From an uncultured Fibrobacterota bacterium (GTDB lineage Bacteria; Fibrobacterota; Chitinivibrionia; Chitinivibrionales; FEN-1185): 23,137 nucleotides of DNA. The DNA lies in assembly GCA_963753345.1 (NCBI GenBank), contig CAVWBU010000025.1, positions 1 through 23,137 on the forward strand. Direction: 5' to 3'. Position 1 is the first letter of the stretch. Each line of letters starts with the position of its first letter. Under the pieces are notes generated by a model, which saw nothing but the letters and a program-made list of their open reading frames with translations, ran no database searches and was not told the origin of the DNA. Positions 9,129 through 18,018 of the stretch are shown here, piece after piece. The position numbers were made by a program, and so were the translations under genes.

Positions 9129-10058
9129 ATGGCCGACAAAACCGTCACGGTAGTAAATCTTTGCAAAAGCTTCGGTGAGCACTCTGTTTTTGAAGACACC
9201 TCGGTCGACATCGAGACAGGGTCGGTGTTCGGGCTGGTGGGACTCAACGGCAGCGGCAAGACCACGTTCATCCGGCTGCTGCTCGGACTGCTGCGGCCAG
9301 GCCGCGGCAACGTGCGCGTGCTCGGGTTTGAACCGTGGCTTCACAAACAGGAATACTACCGCCGCATCGGCGTCATTCTGGAACACGACGGATTTGCCGG
9401 CAATCTCACCGTGGCGCGCAATCTCCGGGTGTTCGGCGATGCCAAGGGGCTGCCGTGGCGGCAGGTGGAGGCGTATGTCGATGACCAATGGTTCGGCACC
9501 TTCATTCACCAGGAGCTCCACGGGTCGGCCACCAAGGTCAAACACCTGTCGAGGGGACAGAAAATGCAGTGCGCTCTCTGCCGCGCATTCCTGCCGCGGC
9601 CGGACGCCTTTTTCCTCGATGAGCCCACGGTCGCCCTTGACGTGGACGCCATCGACCATTTCTACTCGTTGGTGAACAGTGCCAGAGACAGGGGAGCGAC
9701 GGTGCTCATCAGCTCGCACCAGCTTTCTGCAATAGAGGAACTTTGCGACACCGTGGGCATGCTGCACGATCGCGGCATTCATATGCTCAAGCCGGATGAC
9801 CGGAAACAAAAATCCCAATCATGGCTTATCAAATGCGCAGGCGATGAAAAGTGCAAAGCAATCATCGAGGCCGGGTGCGGCGCACCGGCTGAGTATTACA
9901 ATGGCTGCTGGCGTTTTTCGGTTGCCGACCCGGAGACTATTGTGCCGAAAATCGTTTCCGGTCTTGCCGCCGCAGGGTGCGACATAACCGAGGTGAGTCC
10001 CGACGAAGAGGCCATCAAGGAAAAAATGCGCACGCTCAGCCGCGGGCCGGGAGGATAA
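9129..10058 (+). CDS. ABC transporter ATP-binding protein (ABC-2/DrrA-like exporter)
   Basis: Walker A GLNGSGKTT, signature LSRGQ, Walker B FFLDEP, H-switch SSH. Confidence 0.93.
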   Translation: MADKTVTVVNLCKSFGEHSVFEDTSVDIETGSVFGLVGLNGSGKTTFIRLLLGLLRPGRGNVRVLGFEPWLHKQEYYRRIGVILEHDGFAGNLTVARNLRVFGDAKGLPWRQVEAYVDDQWFGTFIHQELHGSATKVKHLSRGQKMQCALCRAFLPRPDAFFLDEPTVALDVDAIDHFYSLVNSARDRGATVLISSHQLSAIEELCDTVGMLHDRGIHMLKPDDRKQKSQSWLIKCAGDEKCKAIIEAGCGAPAEYYNGCWRFSVADPETIVPKIVSGLAAAGCDITEVSPDEEAIKEKMRTLSRGPGG

Positions 10059-10065
10059 GACCGCA

Positions 10066-10728
10066 GTGAAACAGGCCGGGATAATAGTGAGAAAAGAATG
10101 GGCTTGCTTTACAGGAAGCGAGAAGGGCGTGTTCGTGGTGTACGCCGTTCTCGTGTTCGTGTGGAGTTTCCTTCCCCGGTACAACGCGGCCGGCGGCCCG
10201 GGATTTCTCTCCGGGCTATGGTGGCTGTCGCTCTCGGTGATCGTGAGCAGCGGTTTTGCCAATTCGGTGTTCGCCGCCGAGCGGATCAGCGGCTCCATGG
10301 AAATCCTTCTCACGTGCGGATTTTCGCGCAATGCCGTTGTGCTGGGCAAGACCGCGTTCGTTGTCCTCGTTTCCGCGGTCTTGGGAGCGGTCTGCTTGTT
10401 GCTTTCGCTGGTGTGGTCCCTTGGAAACCTTCAGTTTGTTCTTGTGCAGTCCACGCTCGCCAACCTGCTCCTGTATTCCGGCGGCGCATTCATGGGCGCG
10501 GCTGCGGGTGCATGGATGTCGATACGGTTCTCAAGTCCGAGGATCATGCCTTTCGCAAACCTGTTCCTGGTCATTATTATTTGCACGGCGTACTACGTTG
10601 CCGCGCAGTTTGTTCCCATGTCCGAATGGGTCCTGTTCCTCATGACTGCCCTTGCGGGAGGCGCGTTCCTGTGGCGGGCAATAAAGGATTTCCATGGCGA
10701 AAAAGTCATTGCACCTATTGACATGTAG
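10066..10728 (+). CDS. ABC-2 type permease
   Basis: About six hydrophobic segments. IIVRKEW N-terminus and FAAERISGSMEILLT...VVLGK motif. Starts 7 nt after the ATPase stop. Confidence 0.87.
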   Translation: MKQAGIIVRKEWACFTGSEKGVFVVYAVLVFVWSFLPRYNAAGGPGFLSGLWWLSLSVIVSSGFANSVFAAERISGSMEILLTCGFSRNAVVLGKTAFVVLVSAVLGAVCLLLSLVWSLGNLQFVLVQSTLANLLLYSGGAFMGAAAGAWMSIRFSSPRIMPFANLFLVIIICTAYYVAAQFVPMSEWVLFLMTALAGGAFLWRAIKDFHGEKVIAPIDM

Positions 10729-11728
10729 GCCCTTCGCACTACTTTTGTGGGTCGCACTCCTTTTATGCTGTGTTTCCCAGAAAAAATTTACACGGCATTT
10801 TGCCGCGCTCGATACTGTTATCTCAGTTACTGTCTATTCCTCTTCTTCTCGCACCGATGAAGATTTAGACTCGCTCCAGGCACTTATTGCAAGACTTGAA
10901 GATAGCTTGTCTATCTCCAAGGCCGAAAGCGAGATATGTCGCATCAACCGCCGGACCGATTCCGTTGTTATTGTAAACGCCTTGGTATGCCGGATTCTGT
11001 CGGTTTGCAGAAGCGAATTCGCCAAAGGCAACGGACTTTTTGACGTGACCGTTGAGCCGCTCAAGTTTCTCTACGGACTTGAATCACATCAGAAAGAGCA
11101 ATATCATGTTCCAACGCAACAGGAGCTCGGCGCAGCGCTCGCAAACATCGGGTTCGGCCGGATCCGTTTTGTTTCGGACAGCGTTCTGGTGATGCCGGCG
11201 GGCATGCACTTTGATTTCGGCGGGATCGCCAAGGGGTACGTGCTTACGCAGGCGAAAAGGTTTCTGTCCGCAAAGGGTCAAAGAAGTTTTCTTGTAAACG
11301 GGGGCGGCGACCTCATCACCTGCGGGACCAAGCCCGACCGACAGCGCTGGAGCATCGGCATCCAGGACCCGCGCAGGCCCGACAGCCTTGTCGCCACGCT
11401 CGCGTGCACCACTGGGTGCGTGTTCACCAGCGGCGATTATGAACGCTGCTTTATCGCCGGCGGAAAGCGGTATCACCATCTGTTCGATCCGCGCACCGGG
11501 TTGCCCGGATGGCACAATATGAGCGCCACGGTGGTGGGGAGCGACCCGCTCCAGGTCGACGCTATTGTCAAGACCGCATTCCTCATGCCTGCGCAGCAGG
11601 CGCTGCAATACCTTTCGTCGCGAGGGCTGCAGGGTTTTATGATCGACAGCGCGAAGGTGGGGTGGGCGAGTGCGGGGCTTAAGGATGTGCTTTTGCCAAG
11701 TGCGGGGATGGTGATTAATTTCAGATAA
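10694..11728 (+). CDS. apbE: FAD:protein FMN transferase (ApbE/FmnB), lipoprotein
   Basis: Motifs SEICRIN, GLFDVTVEPL, DFGGIAKGY, VNGGGD, WSIGIQDPR, TSGDYER, YHHLFDPRTG and SATVV. N-terminal LLLCC lipobox-like. Confidence 0.95.
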   Translation: MAKKSLHLLTCRPFALLLWVALLLCCVSQKKFTRHFAALDTVISVTVYSSSSRTDEDLDSLQALIARLEDSLSISKAESEICRINRRTDSVVIVNALVCRILSVCRSEFAKGNGLFDVTVEPLKFLYGLESHQKEQYHVPTQQELGAALANIGFGRIRFVSDSVLVMPAGMHFDFGGIAKGYVLTQAKRFLSAKGQRSFLVNGGGDLITCGTKPDRQRWSIGIQDPRRPDSLVATLACTTGCVFTSGDYERCFIAGGKRYHHLFDPRTGLPGWHNMSATVVGSDPLQVDAIVKTAFLMPAQQALQYLSSRGLQGFMIDSAKVGWASAGLKDVLLPSAGMVINFR

Positions 11729-11751
11729 ATTATCAAATCAATAAAGAAAGA

Positions 11752-11903
11752 TGGGCGTTTCCCTCCCCCTCGACTCCGCTCGGGGTCGGGCCGGCCCTCC
11801 TTCCGGTCTCGGCCATTCGCCTCGGGCGGCCGCCACGATGGCCCTCGCGGCCGTGGTCAAGCCGCACTGCGCTCTAGCGCGGTCTCCAGTCCTGCCTAAC
11901 GCG
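11752..11903 (+). ncRNA. Flavo-1-like structured RNA motif
   Basis: GGGCGTTTCCC-[hairpin]-GGGCCGGCCC...TCTCCAGTCCTGCCTAACGC resembles my recollection of Flavo-1 (GGGCGU.CCC..GGGUCGGGC...CCCUAACGC), with GGC/GCC in place of GGG/CCC. Closing stem GCGTT/AACGC. No covariance search was run. Confidence 0.5.
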
Positions 11904-11990
11904 CGGCAGAAGAAGTCCATTCGGTCAAGTTTTATTATTTCGCCAATCCGAATACGCAATACAAACCCTAATCTTTTTCCCCCAGTCCTG

Positions 11991-12018
11991 CTGTCAACTG
12001 CCAACTGTCAACTTTCAA
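11991..12018 (+). repeat. Heptamer tandem array (CTKYCAA x4)
   Basis: ctgtcaa ctgccaa ctgtcaa ctttcaa. Confidence 0.8.
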
Positions 12019-12032
12019 CATCTAGCTTGCTC

Positions 12033-12184
12033 GGTGCCCCCGCAGCCGGGGTTTCTTTCTTGCCAATAAACTTCCTAGGGGGCTACCCACGAGGGGGTAT
12101 GCCCCCCGGACCGCCGTCGCAGTATAGTTTTGAGAATTGCAACCTGCGCGACGGCAGCCGGGGGCTAGGGGGACACTTCCCCCT
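12033..12184. repeat. Dispersed structured element family A, copy 2
   Basis: Homologous to 1610-1735 in the same orientation, with a longer internal hairpin. Overlaps the last codons and stop of the Gx-EcfT gene. Confidence 0.8.
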
Positions 12185-13371
12185 CCAATAGCTCTTTAGT
12201 ATTACTTGCACCCTTTTCCTCCATCCTTCTCACCACCAGGCTGTACAATCCCTCTGCCCATCTGTCAATTCCCTTCAAACCACCCTTGTTCTGTTCTTTC
12301 ATGACATCCTTCTTTGAAGAGAAATATGACGCGAATTTCTTTCTGACATACCTCTTGCTGTCCTCCGCAATCCCCGGAAAGTATTCCAGCGCCAGCACGC
12401 CCGCGAACAGGGTCTCGTGATGCTTCCTGAACAACCCGTTCAGCGCATCGAACATCACCGCATCGAATCTGAAATAGAAAAGGATCGCCGAAACCTGCAG
12501 CCAGGTCCACAGGCGGAGCCATTGTTCAATGGTAAGGTTGATGCCTTCTCGGGTGAGAAAGGGCAGGTTCTCGATGCGGGCGCCGTACGAGAAGAACACG
12601 TTGACGCAGGCGACAAACACGAAAAGTACCCAGAACCTGGTCAGCGGCTTCACCAGCGCCGGCCACGACCCTTTCAAAATCACCTGCGCGATGAGCGTGG
12701 CGCCTGCGGCGGCTCCGGCAAGCGCGGCAAGCGAGTTTGTAAAGACGATCGCGGTGCATGCCGCGAGCAGCAGCGCCGAGAAAAACCGGTCGCGCGGGGC
12801 GGCGGAAAAACGGGACGAGCTGCAAACGCCCGGACGTTACGAGCGCCGGCGCCGCGCGAAACATGCGGTCGGCAAGAGGCGCAAGCCCTCCCACGATCCC
12901 GCCGAAAACAATCGAGGCCGCCAGCATGACAGGCACCTGGTAAAAGAGGTGGATGTTGGCCGACATGAGACAGTACACGGCGCAAAGCTGTCCGAAGTTG
13001 TGGAACAAGGCGCCGATGATGCCGAGGCCCACGGTGCCCAGCAGCATGTTCTTCCCTGTCAATCGCCACGCAAGCGCCATCGCGCACGTCGCCAGAACGC
13101 CGCCGCTCAGCGCAAGCGACATGGTGAGGAAGGAAAACCCGAAGTAGAACCCCACGATCCAGGTTCTCAACAGCGAATAGACGAGCGCATCCACGCCGCC
13201 GAATTCGACGATCCAGAGAATGGTGATGACGTTTGCGAGCCCGGGCTTGAGCCACGGGAAAAAGGGGAGGCGCGGCACGAAGAATTCCAGCGCGTTGATG
13301 GCCACGGCGCACAGAAGCCATGCCGTTTTCTTTACAAGCTGCGATTGTTCCGTATTACTTTGCAACTGCAT
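12165..13371 (-). CDS. Gx transporter / heptaprenyl-PP synthase component I family (EetB-like) fused to an EcfT/CbiQ-like membrane domain; +1 frameshift at 12806-12810
   Basis: N-half LEFFVPRLPFFPWLKPGLANVIT...LGIIGALFHNFGQL is the Gx-family signature. Removing one T from the T5 run joins it to PRDRFFSALLL...NVFFSYG...LTREGI...WLRL...LALEYFP (EcfT-like). About 401 aa when corrected. Confidence 0.8.
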
Positions 13372-13735
13372 CGACGGTGTTCCCCGAGGGCGATTGGAGT
13401 TCTATAAGAATGTGATTGGGCGCGCACACGATCTGCTGGCCGGTCTGCCGTATTGTACCCGCGTGCACGCATAGCTGCTTGGGGCAGTTGGAACGCAGGA
13501 CGCACGCGCCGCCATCGCGGATGGAAATGGTGATATCGCCGAGCCTGCCTTGGAGCGTGACGATCCTGGAATCGGACAAAGGATATTCCGCGATTTTCTC
13601 GTTGTCGCGGAACACCGCCACCGTGGCAGGCCGGTGCGACAAAAACAGGGGCCAGAACGCAAGCGCGCCGGCCGCGCACAAGGCGATTACCAGCGCGTCA
13701 AGGCCGCCGAACGGCCGAAGAGCCCGGCCGTTCAC
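13355..13735 (-). CDS. NusG domain II-containing protein (DUF1312, EetA-like)
   Basis: N-terminal TM helix, then ISIRDGGACVLRSNCPKQLCVHAGTI...IVCAPNHILIE (CPxxxC...IVCxPN signature). Overlaps the Gx gene start, the usual pairing. Confidence 0.88.
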   Translation of the reverse strand: MNGRALRPFGGLDALVIALCAAGALAFWPLFLSHRPATVAVFRDNEKIAEYPLSDSRIVTLQGRLGDITISIRDGGACVLRSNCPKQLCVHAGTIRQTGQQIVCAPNHILIELQSPSGNTVDAVAK

Positions 13736-13754
13736 AGGGAACGCCTGCGCATAT

Positions 13755-15597
13755 TCATTCTCCTATGAAGCGCGCCGCCCAGCTGCGCACGGTTTTTCCG
13801 TTAAGGACATGAAACTTCCTGATTTTTTGCATGGTCTCGGCGCTGAACGCGGAAAGCGGAATCCACACGAGACGTTTTCCGCAGGACCGCGCGAGCTTCG
13901 TGAGCCGGATGCCGGGCTTTTTCGCGGCCACGTACGCAACGATTTTCTCATGCGAAAAGAGAAGGCCGCCGTACACGAGGTATTCGGCGCGCGTGCGCAG
14001 GTCCGGAAGGCCGGGCAGGGAAAACACATCGGGAACCATCCTCGGCGGAAAAAGCAGCGAGAGGCCGCCGTAGTACGAGCGCGCGACGCCCGGACCGACA
14101 AGGTCGGCAAACGGATCGGTGGCATAGAAGGTGAGCGTCGATTCCTCGTCGTGCTCGGCGTACCAGGTTGCGCAGTGCGGATATTTTTCGTCGTGGTCGG
14201 CGTCGAAGATGATGACGACCGTGTCGAGGTTGCCGTGCGACGGCGGCAGTTCGCGCACGTAAATATCGTTGGTGAACCAGTTGCGCATGGTTTCGCGGAT
14301 GTCGATGCCGTCCTTCACCGACACGGTGAACTTCTCGGTGACGGCCCTGTCCTCGGCTAGGACCTTGTGCGCCTTTGCCCGCAGGTGCGCGTTGAACCGC
14401 TCGATGCGCTCGTCCTCGGGCACGTGCGAGCACGCGCCCGAAGGGTTCCATGCAAAACGGTATTTCCTTTTAGTCAACTGCGACGGATCGGGTCTGAGGG
14501 AGAGCGTGCGCCAGACGAGGGAAACATCGCGCAGCAGGTTCACCGCGGGCCGGGAACACGGTTCCGACGGCAGCTGCATCCTGTCGATGCCGAGCGACAT
14601 GAGGGGAACGCCGAGTTCGAACGGAAGGTACGGGTAATACCGCGCGTTCGCAAGGATGCGCAGCGCATAGGAGTTTCCGCCCACGCCCTTTGCCGCCGCC
14701 ACGATGTCGGGAAGGGTCGGGACGAGCCCGCTGTCCTGCACCGTAAGGTTTCGCAAGAACGTGAGGCCGCGCTGGATCCGGCCCGGGGAAAGCGCGGCTG
14801 CCTCTTCCCGGCTGTCGCCGCAGTCGTCCCGCGTTTCGGTGAACAGGCTCTTGACGCATTCGAGCACATTGACGCGGGAAGAAAACGGATCGTACCGCTC
14901 GCGCTCGAACTTGCCGGTCACATAGGGCAGTTCGCCGAGCGCGAAATACAGATGGTCGGGGTTGACAAATTCCCTGCTTATCGAATATGCGGGCGGTTTG
15001 CCGAACGAGAAGTTCCAGGTCTGCTCCTGACGCAGATGATGCGCAGTGCGGGCGAAATTCCCCAGGTGCACGAGCGCGAGGATGCTGCTGAACTGCGTTG
15101 AGAGCGAAAGCAGCCGGTGCGCGGCGTGGCGGCACGAAGATTCATGTTCGGGCGAAAGGCCGGAGGACGCGGTTGAATCCGGAAAGAACGCCGCATTGAC
15201 AACCAGGAGGCACAGCGAGGCATAGGCATCGAATCCGAGGCGTGACATTGCATGGTCGTCGGGCAGCGGGGGCAGGGGGTGCGGAGCGAACAGCGCAGGG
15301 CCGCCGATGCAGAAGCACGGCACGTGGTTCTGGCGGCTCTGGCGCAGCGCCTCGACGGACGCGTCGCACGGGTCCGACGCGGCGAAATAGGCCGTCTCGC
15401 CGTTGTCGCGGCACACCACCGCCGAAATATAGGGGAGGTCCGACAGCGCTTCGAGAAGCTGCTCCGCCAATGCAGCACGGAAGGTCGACGGCGATGCAGT
15501 CAAACTTTTTTTGCAGGCACAGGTCCCGCACGTGGTGCGTGAACGCGAGACTCCCGTGCGCGTACGGTACCATCGTTATTGATTCGGCCGGCTTCAT
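13755..15597 (-). CDS. Conserved hypothetical partner of the MoxR ATPase (YehM/TraB-like N-terminus); +1 frameshift near 15478
   Basis: ORF 15142-15600 (VPYAHGS...FDCIAVDLP) joins ORF 13755-15503 (AALAEQLLEAL...) after removing one base, giving about 613 aa. Starts about 10 nt after the AAA stop. Confidence 0.72.
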
Positions 15598-15607
15598 CAA
15601 AACGGCC

Positions 15608-16600
15608 TCAGTCGTCCTTGGCGTCGGGATTCAGGTCGTCGTCGTCGGGAAAAAAATAGTCGCCGAGGCTCATGGACGGCAGGTTCATGCCCGACTGCTT
15701 GCGGCGCTCCGCAAGAGCATCAAGATCGAGCGCCTCGCTCCCCAGGATCTGGGCAATCGACCCTTCGAACAGGGTGCCGACGTCTTTCGAGGGATCGTCG
15801 TGTTTCTTCTTGAGCGTATAGCGGATGGCGTTGATGCCGTCGCGCACCGAGTACGGAAGGTCGAGGCCGTGGGCGCGCTGGAGGAACTCAACGCATATGT
15901 CAAGCACTTCCTCGGTGCAGAAGGGCAGGTTGTACGAAAGGATGGCCAGTTCGTCGGGGCGGTCGGGGAACCCGATTTCGATGCCGGGCTGAAGCCGCGA
16001 CATGATGTAATCGGGGATCTCGAAAGTCGAGGAGTCCTCGTTCATGGTCACCACGGCGCGGAATTCCCTGTGCGCCTTTACGACAATGCCGGCCACCAGC
16101 GATTCCGCGGTTCGCCTGTTGTCAAGCAGCCCGGCGAGCGACGCCCAAGATTTTTCGGACATGCGGTTTCCCTCGTCGAGCACGGCGATGCCGCCTTCCA
16201 GCACCGCGGAGAGCAGGGGGCTCGCATGGTACGCGATTTTGCCTTTTTCGGAAAGGACAGGGCTCACAAGAAGGTCTTCGGGCCTGGTATCGGCCGTGCA
16301 CTGCATCACGTATGCGGGCTGGCCGCGCTTGCGCGCCGCGGTGATGGCCAGCGTGGTCTTGCCGATGCCCGGTACGCCGATGAGCCGCGGGGTGAGCGGC
16401 AGGTCCGTTTCTGCCACAGAAAGCCAGCACGCAAGGAGCTGACGCAGCGGTTCCTGCTGTCCTATCCATTCCGCGGCAACGTCCACGGGGTGGGAGAGGA
16501 CGATTTCCACATTGTCAATGGTCACTGATTTCATCGCGCTCCGCGGCGAAATGCGGCATGTGCCGCGGGTGAATCGAAATTGCTGCGGGGAAGCAGTCAT
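15608..16600 (-). CDS. MoxR/CbbQ-NirQ-like AAA+ ATPase (AAA_5)
   Basis: Walker A GVPGIGKT, QCTADTRPEDL, Walker B VLDEGNR, FRAVVTMN sensor and SRL Arg finger. RBS GAGGA before ATG 16600. Alternative start at 16534. Confidence 0.9.
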   Translation of the reverse strand: MTASPQQFRFTRGTCRISPRSAMKSVTIDNVEIVLSHPVDVAAEWIGQQEPLRQLLACWLSVAETDLPLTPRLIGVPGIGKTTLAITAARKRGQPAYVMQCTADTRPEDLLVSPVLSEKGKIAYHASPLLSAVLEGGIAVLDEGNRMSEKSWASLAGLLDNRRTAESLVAGIVVKAHREFRAVVTMNEDSSTFEIPDYIMSRLQPGIEIGFPDRPDELAILSYNLPFCTEEVLDICVEFLQRAHGLDLPYSVRDGINAIRYTLKKKHDDPSKDVGTLFEGSIAQILGSEALDLDALAERRKQSGMNLPSMSLGDYFFPDDDDLNPDAKDD

Positions 16601-17620
16601 CTCTTTTCCTCGTTCAGCTTGTCAAACGCGTCCGATTTTCTCAGCTGCTTTCCCAGTTCATTTCCCAGTTCCTCGCACGCATTGATGAACGGGCTGGACA
16701 TCGTGCCAGTGCCTGTCGCCGGTGGCTTCCGCAGTCACCGAGAAGGCGGGCTGCCCCGCCGAGGGGGACGCGAAGATGGCGAAGGTCATGCGTATGGTGC
16801 CTTCCTTCTGGCCCATGCGCGCCGGCCTGGTCGAATACGATTCGAGATGCGGCCGCAGGACAATCGCCTTGCAGTCTTTCGCATTGTCAAGAGCAATGCT
16901 CGATGCGGTGTCGGCCCCGTGCCGAAGCTCGCGGCCCAGTTTGCCCGCCATCTTGTTGTACGCTTCCTTCCAGTCGGATTCTTCCATGTCAAACCCGAGC
17001 ATTGTCTTGTCGAACGGGACAAGTTCGATAAACGCCCGGCCGTCGCAGTCGAGACTGCCCGGCGTCGCAGGCTGCGGCTCTTCCTTGCGGGGCTCGGCCC
17101 GGCGCTCGGCTTCTTTCGGGGCGGGCTGCGGCGCGGCCGCCTGCTGGACCTGCTCCGGCTCGCACAGCCTCCGGGCCACGTCGGCAAGGCGGCCCACCAC
17201 CTCCTCAAGGTCGCCCTTCACGTCTTCGGAAACGGTCCTGGAAATCTTTGCGGTCTTGATGTCGATGAGACGGACGTTAAGCAGATACAGCGAGCCCACT
17301 TTTCCGATCGAACCGGACACAAGCTTCTTGACGCCGAGAATTTGCCCCATTTCGATGAGGCAGGATTCGTTGGTGCACGCGCCTGACTGCTGGAAGCCCT
17401 GCTCCTTGAGGATTTCCGCCATCTGCTCGCGTTCCATTACGTCAACCATGCCGGTCTTGAAGAACTCGACGCGGAGCCTGTCGGACAGCAGCTCACATTC
17501 GTCCTTGGTGATCCCCGAGCTGCCGTGAAGGGTCATCACCGCAATGGTTTCCTTGGCCGTCTGGCCGCCGAAAGCCATAAGTGCGAATGAGATGATCACG
17601 AAAACGGATGGATTCTTCAT
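16597..17620 (-). CDS. Secreted CsgG/HfaB-like domain protein; +1 frameshift near 16692
   Basis: Signal peptide MKNPSVFVIISFALMAFG. Motif VMEREQMAEILKEQGFQQSGAC...GQILGVKKLVSGSIGKVG..LNVRLID. Removing one C extends it to ...KLNEEKR*, with an ATGA overlap onto the AAA start. Confidence 0.8.
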
Positions 17621-17843
17621 AGGGCTCTCGCGGATGAAGAAGAAGCGGGAAAAGCCGGACGGTTTCATCCGGTGATGGTGAAAATATACCTTATTATGGG
17701 GGAGAAATCCATGACGCGCAGACGGAGGCAGGCAAAATGAGAGGGGAAAATGATGAACACCACAGATTAAAAAAGAATAGTTACAAAAAGTATTGTGCTG
17801 GTATTCATCTGACAAATAAAAATACCATAGGCTTTGAACGAAC

Positions 17844-17950
17844 ATACCATCTTTGCTTCACAACTGCCGCTCCAAGGGTGCGCGCAAGGGTGTTTCGGTC
17901 TTGCCACAGGCCCAACCACGCTGCACCCCGCGAAGCTCCCAAAGGCATTT
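17844..17950 (-). ncRNA. Candidate structured RNA / dispersed element family B, copy 1
   Basis: 17918-17950 is the exact reverse complement of 23029-23061 (33 nt). Folds into nested stems ATGCC/GGTAT, GCTTCGC/GTGAAGC and GGGTGC/GCACCC. Confidence 0.55.
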
Positions 17951-18018
17951 CTAATAATTGTTGCAATCGATTGCTAGGTGAATGCAATATCAATACACCC
18001 TGGAGAACACCCCTACGG

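Noticed and set aside
11738-12191. ORFs of 146 aa (+) and 88 aa (-) in the convergent gap
   Set aside because: They are read-throughs of GC-rich palindromes and heptamer repeats.
12417-16528. Long plus-strand ORFs (12529-13407, 13416-14360, 14367-15101, 15242-16528)
   Set aside because: Antisense shadows of GC-rich genes that have clear family motifs on the minus strand.
17621-17845. 75-aa N-terminal extension of the CsgG-like ORF
   Set aside because: AT-rich intergenic sequence. The signal peptide begins at ATG 17620.
17844-17950. yybP-ykoY (Mn) riboswitch or pistol ribozyme identity for family B
   Set aside because: GGCAAGACC (copy 1), TCAACATTAC (copy 2) and CGTGGTTGGGCC are partial resemblances in non-shared parts. 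GGGGAGTAG and the required pairings are absent.
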